NCBI GenBank assembly: GCA_013239625.1
Contig: MU053431.1
Coordinates: forward strand, 806,001 to 870,000
Length of the DNA: 64,000 nt
Source: Lama guanicoe
Lineage: Eukaryota
Direction: 5' to 3'
This document shows positions 12,759-24,681 of this stretch, piece by piece (position 1 is the stretch's first letter; each line of letters opens with the position of its first letter). Below the pieces are notes generated by a model. That model was not told where the DNA came from. It ran no database searches and saw nothing but the letters and a program-made list of their open reading frames with translations. The position numbers were made by a program, and so were the translations under genes.

Positions 12759-13137
12759 TGTTCACCTGCTCAGGCCGCCCGCTGTGACAAAGGACCACAG
12801 AGTGGATGGGCTGAAGCCACAGAAATTTATGTCTCTCCGTCCTGGAGGCTGAAAGTCCAAGATCAAGGGGTCTGCAGGGTTGGCTTCTCCTGAGGCCTCT
12901 CTCCTGCGTGTGTGGACGGCCGTCGTCTCCCTGTGCCCTCACTGGTCGCCCCTCTGCGCAGGTCTGTGTCCCGATCTCCTCCTCTTCTTGGACCCGGGCC
13001 CACCGCAATCACCTCGTTTTACATAAATTACTTCTTCAAAGGCCCCACCTCCCAGTGCAGTCACATCCTGAGGGGATGGGGTTAGGACTTCAGCAGGTGA
13101 ATTGGGGGGGGGAGGGCCCACAATTCAGCCCATAACA
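12759..13137 (-). mobile_element. MLT1B-like solo LTR
   Basis: cagaaattta...ctggaggctg..agtccaagatcaagg...cagtcacat.ctgagg...ggttaggacttca...caattcagcccataaca; both termini visible. Confidence 0.9.
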
Positions 13138-15168
13138 CTGCCTCCCAAGGTGCCGCCACCAGGCGTGGAGAGCTGGGCCCTGAGTCTGTTCTGTCCACCG
13201 TGTGAGCACCAGCTCACAGAGGAAGGTCCAGAGGGGTGGGGCCGGATGTTCCAGGTGAGACGAGCAGTTCACTGAACCCAGATGCGTCAGTCAGACCCCA
13301 GAGGCAGTCCCTTAGAAAACAAAGCAAAACAAACAACCAAAAAGCGTGAGGGAACAGTGTTGATTCGAGCTCTGAATAGGGGTGGGAACATGGCATCAGA
13401 AAGGGGACAATGACTGGATCTGAAAACAATGAAGGTTTAAAAAAACTTTTATAAAAATACCTTTTCACACTGAAAGCCAGGTTGGGAAAAATAATTGTGA
13501 TTTGTATGGCGCAGAATTTCACACCTTTAAATACAAGGAGGTGACATGGATTGTGAGAACAGTGCACATCAGAAAACGACCAAACCTTAAAGAGGGAGGT
13601 CACAGAGCAGCAGAAGTTTAATGATCACAGTGAAGCAAGGTGCAGCCTCACCAGTGACCAAGGAAACGGCCTGCGGACGGTGCTTGTGTCCTGCCGATTC
13701 TCCAGGTTTTCTTTTCCTTCTAAGTGATGTTGCTCAAAATGGGCCCGAATCTGTTGAGTGAGCGTTTTCACACTGCATCCAGAAACGTCAAATTGAAACA
13801 GAAGAGAAATGGACAAAAGATGCCAAGAGCCAGAGAACCGCTTCTATGCTTTTATTCAGTAATTTCAGACCTAGTAAATCCAAAAAAAAAAGAGAAGGAG
13901 AAATCCACGTGGTGGGGGTGGGGGCCGTGGGACGCAGCCCTGGGGCCCCCACGCAGCGGCTCGCCTTCTTGCTGTAGCATGTGCAGTCCCGCGGTGTCTG
14001 CAGCACCTGCCCTGTGCCAGCTGCAGGGTCAGGGGTCACCAGGCCCTGCCGGGCTGCACGGTGCCGGCCCCTCCCTCCAGCTTCTTTCTGCTTTGTGCTG
14101 ACGTGAGCCGGGAACCCCTGGAGGCAGGGCCCGGCTCCCTCCGTCCCACTGTCCCCCACTGCACGCAGCAGGCACATGGACGGCCGGTGCTGCCTGAGTG
14201 GAAGGCTGGGCTGAGGGTGGCGGTCAGTTCTGTGTGGCACTTGGTGCCACCTTCCAGCATGGGCCTCAAGTCTCTGCACCCCGGAGGTGGGTGGCCAGCA
14301 CCACCCGGCCGCTCTCCCGTCCCTCCCCTCCACCCGGCAGCTCCTACCCGCGTCCTCTGCCTGCTGTTGACCTGGGCCCCCAGGTCACAGGGCAGCTGCC
14401 TAGGCCAGCACTGGCCTCCCTAGTCCAGTATTCGGTCGGCCCCTCGCCCCCACCGTGGCCCCCATGAGTGACATTCAGTCTCATTCCCCCGGAGTTGGGG
14501 CAAGCATGCTTTCCCACTGCTGAGCCCCCCGCCCCTCTGCTACAGGGCAGGCCCCCTTTCCAGAGATGAAAGGTCGGTCCCTGCCCAGCGGACTCCATTC
14601 TGACAATGCAGGGAGGAGAGTCATGTCACAGGCTGGCCCTGCTCCTGTGTGGCTCTCCCCTGGTGGCTCATCGGGGCCTGGTCATGATTACCATCTATTC
14701 ATTCCTTCCTTCCTAACCCCGTGTGCCACATGGGCCTGGTTTAGCCAGGTGTGAGATAGCGGACTTGCCAAGGCAGTGTCCTCATGGTGCTTTGTGGTGA
14801 ATCCCCTGCCACGCGGGCCAGGAGCACCAGCCGGGCCTGGGGGCTGGAGCCCAGGGCCCAGGCGGGAAAGTGGGTTTAGGTGAGAGTCCCAGTGGTGGGT
14901 GTGAGCATTGCTGGATTTCCTTCACAGAGGACTTACATCTCCCTGATTTCTTAGCTCCCACTGGGTTGCCCTGACCATCACTTCTCACAATGCATAGGCT
15001 GCGGGTAAATACGTTTTCAGAACCAAATGGAGGGAGCTATTAATTTCACGTCCAAGTTAAGGCAGCCTTGGTCTCAGCCTGCATGACAGGAGGGAGGACT
15101 GGGACGTCCCGGAGGTGGCTTTGTCTCCGTCCTTCTTTCAGGCAGATGAGCCTCTTCCCCTCCAGACG

Positions 15169-15280
15169 GAGTGGGTGGTGGGTGGCCACTGGCCACTGGT
15201 GTGGGACAGGGGTTGGGCCTCTGTGAGTGGGTGGTGGGTGGCCGCTGGCCGCTGGTGTGGGCGAGGGGTCGGGCCTTTGT
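15169..15280. repeat. 56-bp tandem duplication (2 copies)
   Basis: gagtgggtggtgggtggcc(a/g)ctggcc(a/g)ctggtgtggg... starts at 15169 and 15225. Confidence 0.95.
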
Positions 15281-18200
15281 TCCAAGGGCCCCCCTGGACA
15301 CCCTCCCAGGCACAGAAGTCTCCCGGTGGTCTCTGCTGATCCGAAGGACCCCAGAAGGAGGGACTGAGCTCCCGGGGGTGCCTGGGGGCGCCCTGGAGTG
15401 CACACAACTTACCTCCTGGGCCTCGGGGTCTGAGGGCCGCTTGGGAAGAGGCAGGGGCTTCTGGTGTGCTTGTCTGCCCCTCGCTGTTCACAGGTCTTTG
15501 CTAACAGAACATCCATCTGTGTCTGAGGAACCCTGTTCAGAGCCAGGTGCTCTACAGGGCTCCCCCTGGGTTCAGGGTGCACGGGGCCTCAGGGGCCCGG
15601 CTTCGTCGGCAGCGCCTCGCTTGCCCGGGGCCGCCGCGATCAGACAGGGCCGGGGAGACGTTCGTGGCTTTCTGGATTCCTGGGCAAGAGAAGCTCGTCC
15701 CGATGCCAGGCAGGAGTCTGGTGCCCAGAAGGAGAGAAGCCTCTGGAAGTGGGGTTTCCGGGGAGCATGGAGCGCAGAGCAGAGAGGAAGCCGGCCTGGG
15801 GATGGTGATCTGGACGGGTGAGAAGTGGCCGGGCTCCCGCTCCTCGGCGGTGGGGCCACACCAGCCCCATGTTGGTGGCCTACGCTACTTGGAGCCAGGT
15901 TTTCTTCTGCTGAGGAAAGAGGACAGACAGGTCCAAGGCCAGATGGTGGGAGGTGAGGGAGGGGAGGCGTGCGCCGGACCTGGTCCCGAGGCGCCGCTCC
16001 CCGTCCTGGGGGTGGGCTGGGTGGGAGCACGTCCAGGGGAAGGTGGGCTTCCACGAGGTGGACTGGGGATGCAGGTGGTGAGGGCTATTCCGGGGCGGGA
16101 GGCAGGGGCCTCCCCCCACCTCACGTACCTGCTCCCTGTCCTCCCACCTCCCCGGTGCTGGCAGGTTTCTTTGGGTTAGGATTGGCCCCTTTCAGAGAAG
16201 CCTGTGAGACAAGGAAATGGAAGCTCATTTTCTAAATGGAAGGATGTTTTCAGACGGTCTTTTTGAAGGATCTGCATTTTTCAAAATCCATTCCATCAGG
16301 AGAAGTTAAGAAAAGGAAAATCTGATTTTCTGGAACATCGGAGATGGAGAAGGCCCAGCACCTCGCAGATGGAGGCCCGGCTTAACTAAGTTTATCATTT
16401 GAAGACTCTAACGAGTTTGGAAAAGTCCCCTTGCCCCCTCGAATCAGGTTCAGGCGGCAAACTGATGCGTTGTCCTGACGCCGACAGAGGAAGCCTCTGG
16501 CTGGAAGGAAGAGTGAAGCCGTCAGCTCCCTCTGATCAGGTTCCTGCCTCTCGCTGCTGCCCGTCCGCCATATGCCGCGTCTTCTGAGCAGGACGGCTTT
16601 GCCTGCTGCAGGAAAAGTGGTTGCTTTTCGGTGCAATTAATTTAGTAGGGCACAAATGTTGCTGATGTTGGGAGTAAGGTTTGATCAAACAGATTGGTTA
16701 ATTGGTAGCGAAGAAACGTTGACCATGTGAAAAAGGATGAAAGGGGAGGTGGACCCAACTGTCACGAGAGCAGCCTCGCTCCCCGTTGCGTGGGGGGAGG
16801 CGTCCCTCTGCATCGTTGCCCAGAGCTGGGAACCGTCCACCGTTTGTATTACAATCATTTGTTCCGTGTGACAGTCAGAGCTGAGATGCGGGCCAGCTGG
16901 GGAGGCCCCTGGATGCCAGTCCTCAGGCCTCCCTCCGCAGGCGTGGCCCCCTCACCTGTCCATTCCTGGCAGCCTTCAGAGCACACGCCTTCAAGTGGAG
17001 CTGTACGTCTTCCACCCACCCTGTTATTTCTGAAACCGGATGAATGAAAGTGCCTGAGCAGCCCAGTCTCTAGGCGCCTGCACGGCAGTTCCCTCAAATC
17101 GTGCTTGAATTGAGGTATCAATGAGCAGGTTCCGACCACGTGACCTGCCGGGGGCGGGGAGGCTGCAGATGCCACACACGTGGGGCCTGGACCCCCGCCC
17201 GGCACGTGCTCCCGGCCACGCTTCTCAGCCTGGGCACTAGTGGGTGACTGTGTTCTGGGGTGTCCTGTGCACCACAGGGTGCCCAGCAGCACCCTGGCCT
17301 CCTCTCACTCCATGCCAGTAGCACGCCACCCACCTGTGACAACCCAGAGTGCCTGCGGGCTGTGCCCAGGGTCTCCTCGGGGGAGAACCCCCTGGGTTAA
17401 GAACTGCATCTCTAGATAAAGGGCTGATATTGGTTCAAAAACTGGCCCCGCACATGGAGGACAGGGGAGACCCAAGGCAGGGCCAGCCATGCCAGGTGGG
17501 TAGGCGACAGGCTGATAAGCAGGGAACTTACGAAGGAGGCTTGACATGGAGGCCACAAGGCCAGGAGATCCATGCCCACCTGCCAGAACCTTAAAGTCGA
17601 CGTCGGAGCCGTGATGGACTCGGTCACACCCACCACCCACGTGGTCTCAGCCTTGCCGTCGCCGTGGGATGTAGCCTTGCCTCGTGTCTGATCTTAGCCA
17701 GATCCACTGCTTTGCACGATGAAAGCCAAGTCTATGAAACGTCCTCAAAATGATGCTTTTTCCTTCCCCTTCACCCATCGGCTTTCTCAGAATTAACGCT
17801 GACTTTCTCCTAATGAAGCCACATCTGCTTAACAGTTCCATCATGAGCCGCGAATCGGGGTGCGCTGGGTGGCTGTGCTAGGGATGACCCTCTGCCGGTG
17901 CACAGTGAGACACGGCACGCTGCACGTCATGGAACCCCCGCTTACATGCTCAGCTCAGGGCATCGCTCCTGGGTAGAGAACTATAAGCTCCCTGAGGTCC
18001 AGAAGTGAGTCCTGTTTGGCTCCAGGTCATCAATTACTAGCTTGCCTTTGGCACAGAGAAGGGACCTCAGATATCCATTGACTGACTCAACGACACAGCC
18101 TCCTCTCCCTACTAATGTTTCCTGTCACTCGTCCACTCACTCAGCAAACATCTGCTTGTCCCCCATGTGCCTGCCACTGCCCAGGCGCTGGGGCGGAAGG

Positions 18201-18404
18201 CTGAGCAGAAGACTCCTCGGGCTGGCGGCCCTGGCCTTAGCTGCGGCTGGCCCTGGATACCAGTATGGACATGAGTGTGGGGTCAGCAGGGCAGGTTGGC
18301 ATTTCTGATACTTCCCGGGTTGGAGAACTCAGGCATTAAGGATTTCCTTCCACACCCTGCCAAGAGGTAGGGCGAGGTGGCATCCTTAATATTGCAGATT
18401 TTAA

Positions 18405-18558
18405 CTTGTCATCCACTCACAGACACTGTGTTGTCTCCACATCTTGGCTGTTGCGGGTGAGCTGTGAGGACGTGGGCGTGCGGCACCTCTTTGAAATGCT
18501 GGTTTCAGGTGTTCTGGGTACGGACCCACACGTGGGATTGCTGGAGCACGTGGTGGGT
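18405..18558 (-). mobile_element. Old L1 (L1M) fragment
   Basis: ccacatcttggctgttg...ctctttga...gtgggattgctgga resembles antisense L1 ORF2 end. Confidence 0.75.
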
Positions 18559-19089
18559 GACGCCAGGACTGGGGGAGGGGAGACGGGGTGATGTTTCAGC
18601 TGGGTGAGATGAGTAACTTCCCGAGCTCCGCGGCCCCCAGCCAGCAACGCCGTGACAGTTTGTTCAGAGAGCAGACCTCGTGTTGAATGTCTGACCGTGA
18701 GTTTTAACGCTCTTCCTTTGTCATTGTTGCTGGGCAGTGTCCGCTGCCTGGGTTCACCTGGGGCCCCTGTGTTGCCGGTGCAGCAGCACCTAAGTGTGTC
18801 CCAGGGAGCTGTGAGCGAGTCTCTTCCCGGACGTCTCTGGCATGGGCGTGGGCCTTCTTCTGGTTCCTTGTTTCTTCTGTTTTCATTGTTGTGGTTCATT
18901 CATCCTCCCAGCATTTGGGAGCACCTACCAGAGGCAGCCTGTGCTCAGCACGGGGGCTGATCGGTGGTTCTGGTCCACGGCGGGCTAGCAGAGCACGAGC
19001 CCTGTGAGCATGGAGGTGAAGGCAGAGGCGCTGGGACGGAGCAGGGCTGTGAGTCGACTGGACGTGGGGCAGCCTCACCCGCAGGTCCC

Positions 19090-19274
19090 CCGCTGGGGAT
19101 GCCAGGCAGTGTCCGGAGACTCTGACGTTTGTCAGGACTGGAGTGGGGGGAATACTGTTGGCATCTGGTGAGCAGAGGCCAGGGGTGCTGATAGACATCC
19201 TGCAGCTTATCAGGGCGGCCTCTCAGGACAGGATTGTCCAGCCAGTGTTCGTGGTGCTGAGGTTGAGAAACCTG
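19090..19274 (+). mobile_element. MER20 (hAT-Charlie) fragment
   Basis: ggcagtgtccggaga...tggcatctggtgagcagaggccaggggtgctg..a.acatcctgca...gtgctgaggttgagaaacc. Confidence 0.85.
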
Positions 19275-19979
19275 GCTTTAGCTCAGATCTGACAGGTGAG
19301 CAGGAGCCGAGCAGTTGAAGAGGGCAGCAGGCATCCCTCAGGGAGTGGGGTGTGTGGCCCGGGTGGGAGGGACCAAGGCTGGAGGGGCTGGGAGCAGGCC
19401 AGGGCTGGAGGGCGGCAGGACTGGGCTGGAGAGAGGCACTGGGGGGCGGACAGCTGCCTTTGCCGGGTGGTTGGGCACCAGCCTACTGCCCCGCTTGGGG
19501 ACGTGCCTGCCGTGCAGCTCCAGCCACTCAGGTCCAGCTCCGCTGAGGTCCCGACACTTGGGTCCTCCGTGAGGCAGCGCTGACCTGCCTGCTGGCCCCT
19601 GGCCAGTGGTCAGAAAATGAAACCAGCCACACTGCACGTTTCCAGGCGTGGGGGCTCCATGGGTCTCTTCGGCTGTCGATTGAGGTCAGAGAGCTCCGGC
19701 ATGTACTTAACTCTGCAAATGAGACCGGTTAATTTCCTGGGAAGTGGATACGGTCGTGTCATTGATCTGGGGACGCGGTTTCACCTTAGGAGCGGAGGGA
19801 CGGGCTCCAGCAGGTGGGAGAGTCTGAGGGCGACGTCGCCTGTTACCAAACACCTTGATCCTCTTTGCTTTCTGTATTTGTTTTTTTTTTTCCTTTTTCT
19901 TTCTCCTACGTCTCCTAAAATGAGGGCCTTGGAATGCTGATGCTGTTAAGATTTTCCTTAAAAAATATGAGTAGTTGCA

Positions 19980-20174
19980 NNNNNNNNNNNNNNNNNNNNN
20001 NNNNNNNNNNNNNNNNNNNNNNNNNNNNNNNNNNNNNNNNNNNNNNNNNNNNNNNNNNNNNNNNNNNNNNNNNNNNNNNNNNNNNNNNNNNNNNNNNNNN
20101 NNNNNNNNNNNNNNNNNNNNNNNNNNNNNNNNNNNNNNNNNNNNNNNNNNNNNNNNNNNNNNNNNNNNNNNNNN
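19980..20174. other. Assembly gap (195 N)
   Basis: Run of N. Confidence 1.
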
Positions 20175-21900
20175 GCTGAAAGCAGGGCTTCCCCCGAGGG
20201 CAAGTACCACTGGGAGACACTGTGCCCCCCTCCCCGCTGCCGGCACCTCCAGTGGAGACTCTGCAGGAGCAAAGGGCTTTGGGTTTGTCACACGGAGCTG
20301 TTGCCATTACCTGATGGCAGAGCCTCGCAGAGGGGTCGGAGTAGTGCTCTGCTCAGGACAGGCTTTGGCGGAGGCTGGTCCCATCAAAGGTCACTCGACG
20401 TTGTGGAGAACAGATGACCAGCTCGCAGTAATCTTGGCGGCGGCGGCCAGTGAGCTCGCTCGGTACCTGGTGCCCGTGCTCCCGCATGCGGCTCGCTCCA
20501 TCCTCTCTGTGACCGGGGTGGGGGGCGGCTGCATTAGCAGCAGTGCAGACGGGGAGACCAGGCACAGAGAAGCCAGGTGCCTTGGCAGTGGCGGCGGCAA
20601 GTTCAGGAACGTCGTTCTCCCTGATGACCCGCTGGCTGTCAGGACCCTCGTCACCTGCACCAGACGGATGGGGAACCGCGCTCTGGAGCGATGGGGACCC
20701 TCGGGCTCACCCCACAGGTGCAGACTCAGCTCGTCTGCCCAACCTGCCCTCGCCCCCCATTCCAGTGTCAGTAATGACAGTGGCAAGAGGGTCCCAAGAA
20801 TGGGCAAAGATTTCCTGCAATGTCAGGCTGTCTGAGAATCAACCCAGATTCCCCGCGTCTTGTGTGGGGCCAGAAAAGCTCCCTTCCTTGGGGGTGATCA
20901 CTGGCCGTGCGGCCTGGTGCCTGGTGGACGGCCAGGTCAGCATCCTCACCCGCCTTGAACTTGTCAGCATCATTCGTTATCCTGACGTGCGGGGGGTTGG
21001 ACACTCTTTGTGGAGTGAGCTCTTCATGGCGTGGCTGCTCTCATGCAGTTAGATTGGAACCGTCTGTCCAGTTGGCGGGATCCAGGTACTAGGAAAAATG
21101 ACACATCACACACAAAATGATACACAGCACCTATTCCGAAGCTCCCTGCGGTCAGATCCAGTGACACTTGGCTTGTTGCCACTTTGTCACCGGGGACCTC
21201 TGACACCCCTGGGTGCCCCAATGGTGCGGATTTACTGAACTGGTCATGATGCAGATGGGTTAGCTGCCAACGTCGGTGAAGCCACCAGAGTGCGTTCTGG
21301 ATTCCCAAGGAGGTTCCCTGGGGTAACTTGGATTGGGGCCAAGTCCCTGAAGGAGGCTCTCGGTGAGACGGGGGTCCGCTCATCACGGGAGTAACAGAAC
21401 ACCATGACCTTTGGTCCCTGGAACCGTGTTGGCCATAAATCTTCAGAGCATCTCAGAGAGGCTTGTTGTAACTAATGCTCCCTGTTGGGGGAACAGTGAA
21501 CTCAGCATTTTGTGATGGTGAGAGTGGAGAGAGGAGATTATGGCCATGACTTACCCGGAGACACAGCCTTTGTTTCTGAAAGTATGGGAAAATATCAGCT
21601 CTGCTGTCAGCACGTTGAAGGGAGCCCACAGAGATGCCTTCCAGCGAGCTGGAGCGCTGCGTAGCAGTTACTCATTTCCCTTTGTGTGAAAGTCCCTCTG
21701 TCCTCGTCGGCGGGCAGGTGCCTGTGAGAACACGCGGTGCTGGCTGAGATTCGGGATGTCCTGATGCGACCTTAGCCTTCAGGTGTGCGATGAGTGCCAG
21801 GCCTGGGGAGTCTGGTTTGGGGGTGGGAGCAGTGGTTCTGTGTGTGCTGCAGGTCCAGGAAGGCTTCCTGGAGGAGTTTGCTTTTTAAACTGAAACCGAT

Positions 21901-22341
21901 TGTATTAGTGTCCTAGGGCTGCCGTAACAAACTAACACAGATCCGGGGGCCAAAGGCCACAGAGGGTCTCTCTCCCAGTTCTGTCGGCCAGATGCCTGAC
22001 ATCAGGGCATCTTGGCAGGGCCTCGCTCCCTCCAGAGGCTCTGGGGGAGGATCCTTCCTGCCTCCTCCAGCCTCTGGTGGCTGCCAGAGGCCCTTGGTAC
22101 CAGCTGATCATTCCAGCCTCTGCCTCTGCCATCACATGGCCTCCCCCATGTGCCTGTCCCCTCTGCGTCCAGACTTTCCTCTTCTTATGGGGACACCAGT
22201 TACTGGTTCTGGGCCCACCCTAATCTAGTGTGACTTCATGTCGACCTGACTATGTCTGCAAAGACCCTAGTTCCAAATAAGGGCACATTCTGAGGTTCCA
22301 GGTGGACATGAAGGGGGGTGGGCCCTGTTTAACCCAGGACA
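21901..22341 (-). mobile_element. MLT1C-like solo LTR
   Basis: tgtattagt.tcctagggctgccgtaacaaa...ccctccagaggctct...tctgcaaagaccctagttccaaataagg.cacattctgaggt. Confidence 0.88.
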
Positions 22342-23556
22342 CTGCTCAGCGTGACTATGAAAGGGCACAGAGGAAGAGTCCTGTGCACCCAGAAAGAGTT
22401 ACCCTTATTCACCCCAAGGTCGCCAGCCGCGGCCGTCCGGCCGTCTGCACGTCCCCCACGCAGAGACCAGGCAACGGCAGATGCTCAACCCGTGAGAGAA
22501 CCCCGGACACGGAGCCCCTGGGAGGCGCCCGTCACGGAAGTGCACAACAGCGCTTTGGGCCGTCGCCCGGCATCCCTCTCAAGTGTGGAGGAAACACCCT
22601 CAGTCTCTGGGAGCGACTCCTGGCCTGAGAGACCCCGGGCAGGTGCAGTCCCCGCCGGCCTCGGCTCTGCCGTCACGGCGGCACGCCTTCCTCGCGGGGC
22701 TCCCGCGGAGCTTAAGTGAGATGATGCGGGTCAGGGGCTTCGCACAGAGCCTGGCATGGCGTGACCCCCGGGGGTGCTTACCCCGGCCTCTGTGTAGAAC
22801 AGTGTTCCTCAGTCTCCCCTGTGGGCCACGGGGAAGTAAGTGGTCCTTGAGAAAATGGTCTGAGGCTAAACCTTTTCGTGTAGAAAGTGTGTTGAAAGTG
22901 TTCAGAGGAACCCAACCTCCCCAAACCCTATCTCCGCAGCCGGGGGCGAATCCAGACATATTTCTGTATTTTTCACACCTTTCTGGTGTGAAGCTGCTGT
23001 TTTAAATTCTGGTGGTGTTCCCTCGCCCATGTGTAGCAGGGCCTCAGAATTTCTCATTTTTCTGACAAAAGGTAGAGAGAGAAGTCAAGACAGTGTGCAT
23101 ACCCCTCCGGAGGGTGTCAGAGGGGGGTGGTGTGTGTTCGGGGAGCGGGAAGACTTCAGGGGGAGCGGCGGGGAGCGGGCTGCGGGGATGGGGCTGGGGC
23201 TCCTGGCATAAGTGCGGAGCCAGGAGCCCCGGTGCGCGGAAGGCTCGCCCGTGTGCTCTGTCCACAGGCGTGTTGTGGGCTCATCCCTGTGGGAGTTCTG
23301 CGGCCCCGGGGAGGCCTCCCGAAGTGCTGGAGGGCTGCCCCACGCCGCCGCCGTGTGGGGTGGGAAACGGAGTGGGGGCCTGCACACAGCTTGCGCTCTT
23401 GTCCCGGATGCTTCATCAAACGGGTTTGAGCTCTGTTTCCCGCTGGGCCCAGTCCAGGTGGCCACGTCAGCCCCGCGCCCCGTTCCCACCCTTCTCGCCC
23501 TCCCTGGTGACAGCGGCACCGGTCCTCACCACCGGGAGGTGAGGAATTGCCACTCC

Positions 23557-24033
23557 CAGGACTGCTTTCCCTCTGCTCACGGTGGGGCTGTCCTGACAGA
23601 CACTGTACGTTGAAACTATTCTAAGTAAAAAAGTGCATCGAACACGTCTGACCGACCAAACATCATAGCTCAGCCTCGCCCGCCTTCAGCATGCCCAGAA
23701 CGCTTCACACCGGCCTGCAGTCAGGCCGGATCGCCTGACAAAGCCTGCTTTCTAAGAAAGTGCTCCAGGGCGCTGTACCGAGAGTGCATCGCGGGGTGCG
23801 GTCAGGGTCCAGGGTGGCCGTGAGCGAGCTGCTTGTTCACCCTCCTGGTGGTGGGGCTGACAGAGCCGTGGCTGCCGCTCCCCTGCAGCTCAAGAGAGGA
23901 TGGTTCCGCATCTCGCCAGCCTGGGAGATGATCACAACTCAAAACTCTATGTACAGTGCATTCTCCTGAATGCATATCACTTCTGCACCATCATAAAACC
24001 CTGAGTTGAACCATCGTGAGTCAGGGGCGTCTG
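23557..24033 (+). mobile_element. MER47/Tigger5-derived TcMar-Tigger DNA transposon
   Basis: aacatcatagctcagcct.gcc..ccttca...ctgaatgcatatcacttctgcaccatcataaa...gaaccatcgt.agtc.gggg.cgtctg terminal motif. Confidence 0.8.
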
Positions 24034-24627
24034 TGCACAGGCAGAGCCTGGAGAGAAACCACGTTGAGTGGAACCAGGTGTGACTTTGTTTGTCCCTTCT
24101 CTTTTCAGACACTAACTTTAGGCGACAAATACAGCGATGGGATGAGGCAACGCCTTTGCACTTCCCTCACGGAATCTTTCTTTAGGCAGGTAATTAACAG
24201 TTACTCTCCACAGACTTCTCCACGTAAGTGATCTGTTTTAGGAAGCGTTTAGCCCGAAGTTGAGTTCATGGTAGGTTTCTGTGAATATCTATTGGATGAA
24301 CAAATGAATGAGTGACATGTTGTGAACTATACTGGCTCACTGCTGCAAAACTGCACGTGTAACAGGAAGCTTGCTTAGAAAAAGAAAGGGTTATTCTTAA
24401 AAATACACGATTTCCTCCCAAATGTACGGTGTGGCTTCGGAATCTCCCGGAATTCTTCAGAACAGCACACATGTTGTCTGGCCAGCTCGGAGGACGTGGA
24501 GTTTTGGTGACTCAAATGGAGCAGGGGCATGGGAGTGTCTCTATATATAAAGCAGATGAAGCAGGTGACTGTTTTCCCAGAGATTCAGTACAAGGAGATG
24601 TAATGAGCATTAAAATTGCCCTCCCTG

Positions 24628-24681
24628 GAATTAAACTCCTCCTTAGAATTAACACCCTCCGTAGAATTAAATTCCTCCTTG
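24628..24681. repeat. 18-bp tandem repeat x3 (GAATTAAMNYCCTCCKTR)
   Basis: gaattaaactcctcctta gaattaacaccctccgta gaattaaattcctccttg; degenerate copy just upstream. Confidence 0.92.

Noticed and set aside
19707-20835. ORFs spanning X runs (also around 45085-45388)
   Set aside because: Artefacts of reading through N gaps
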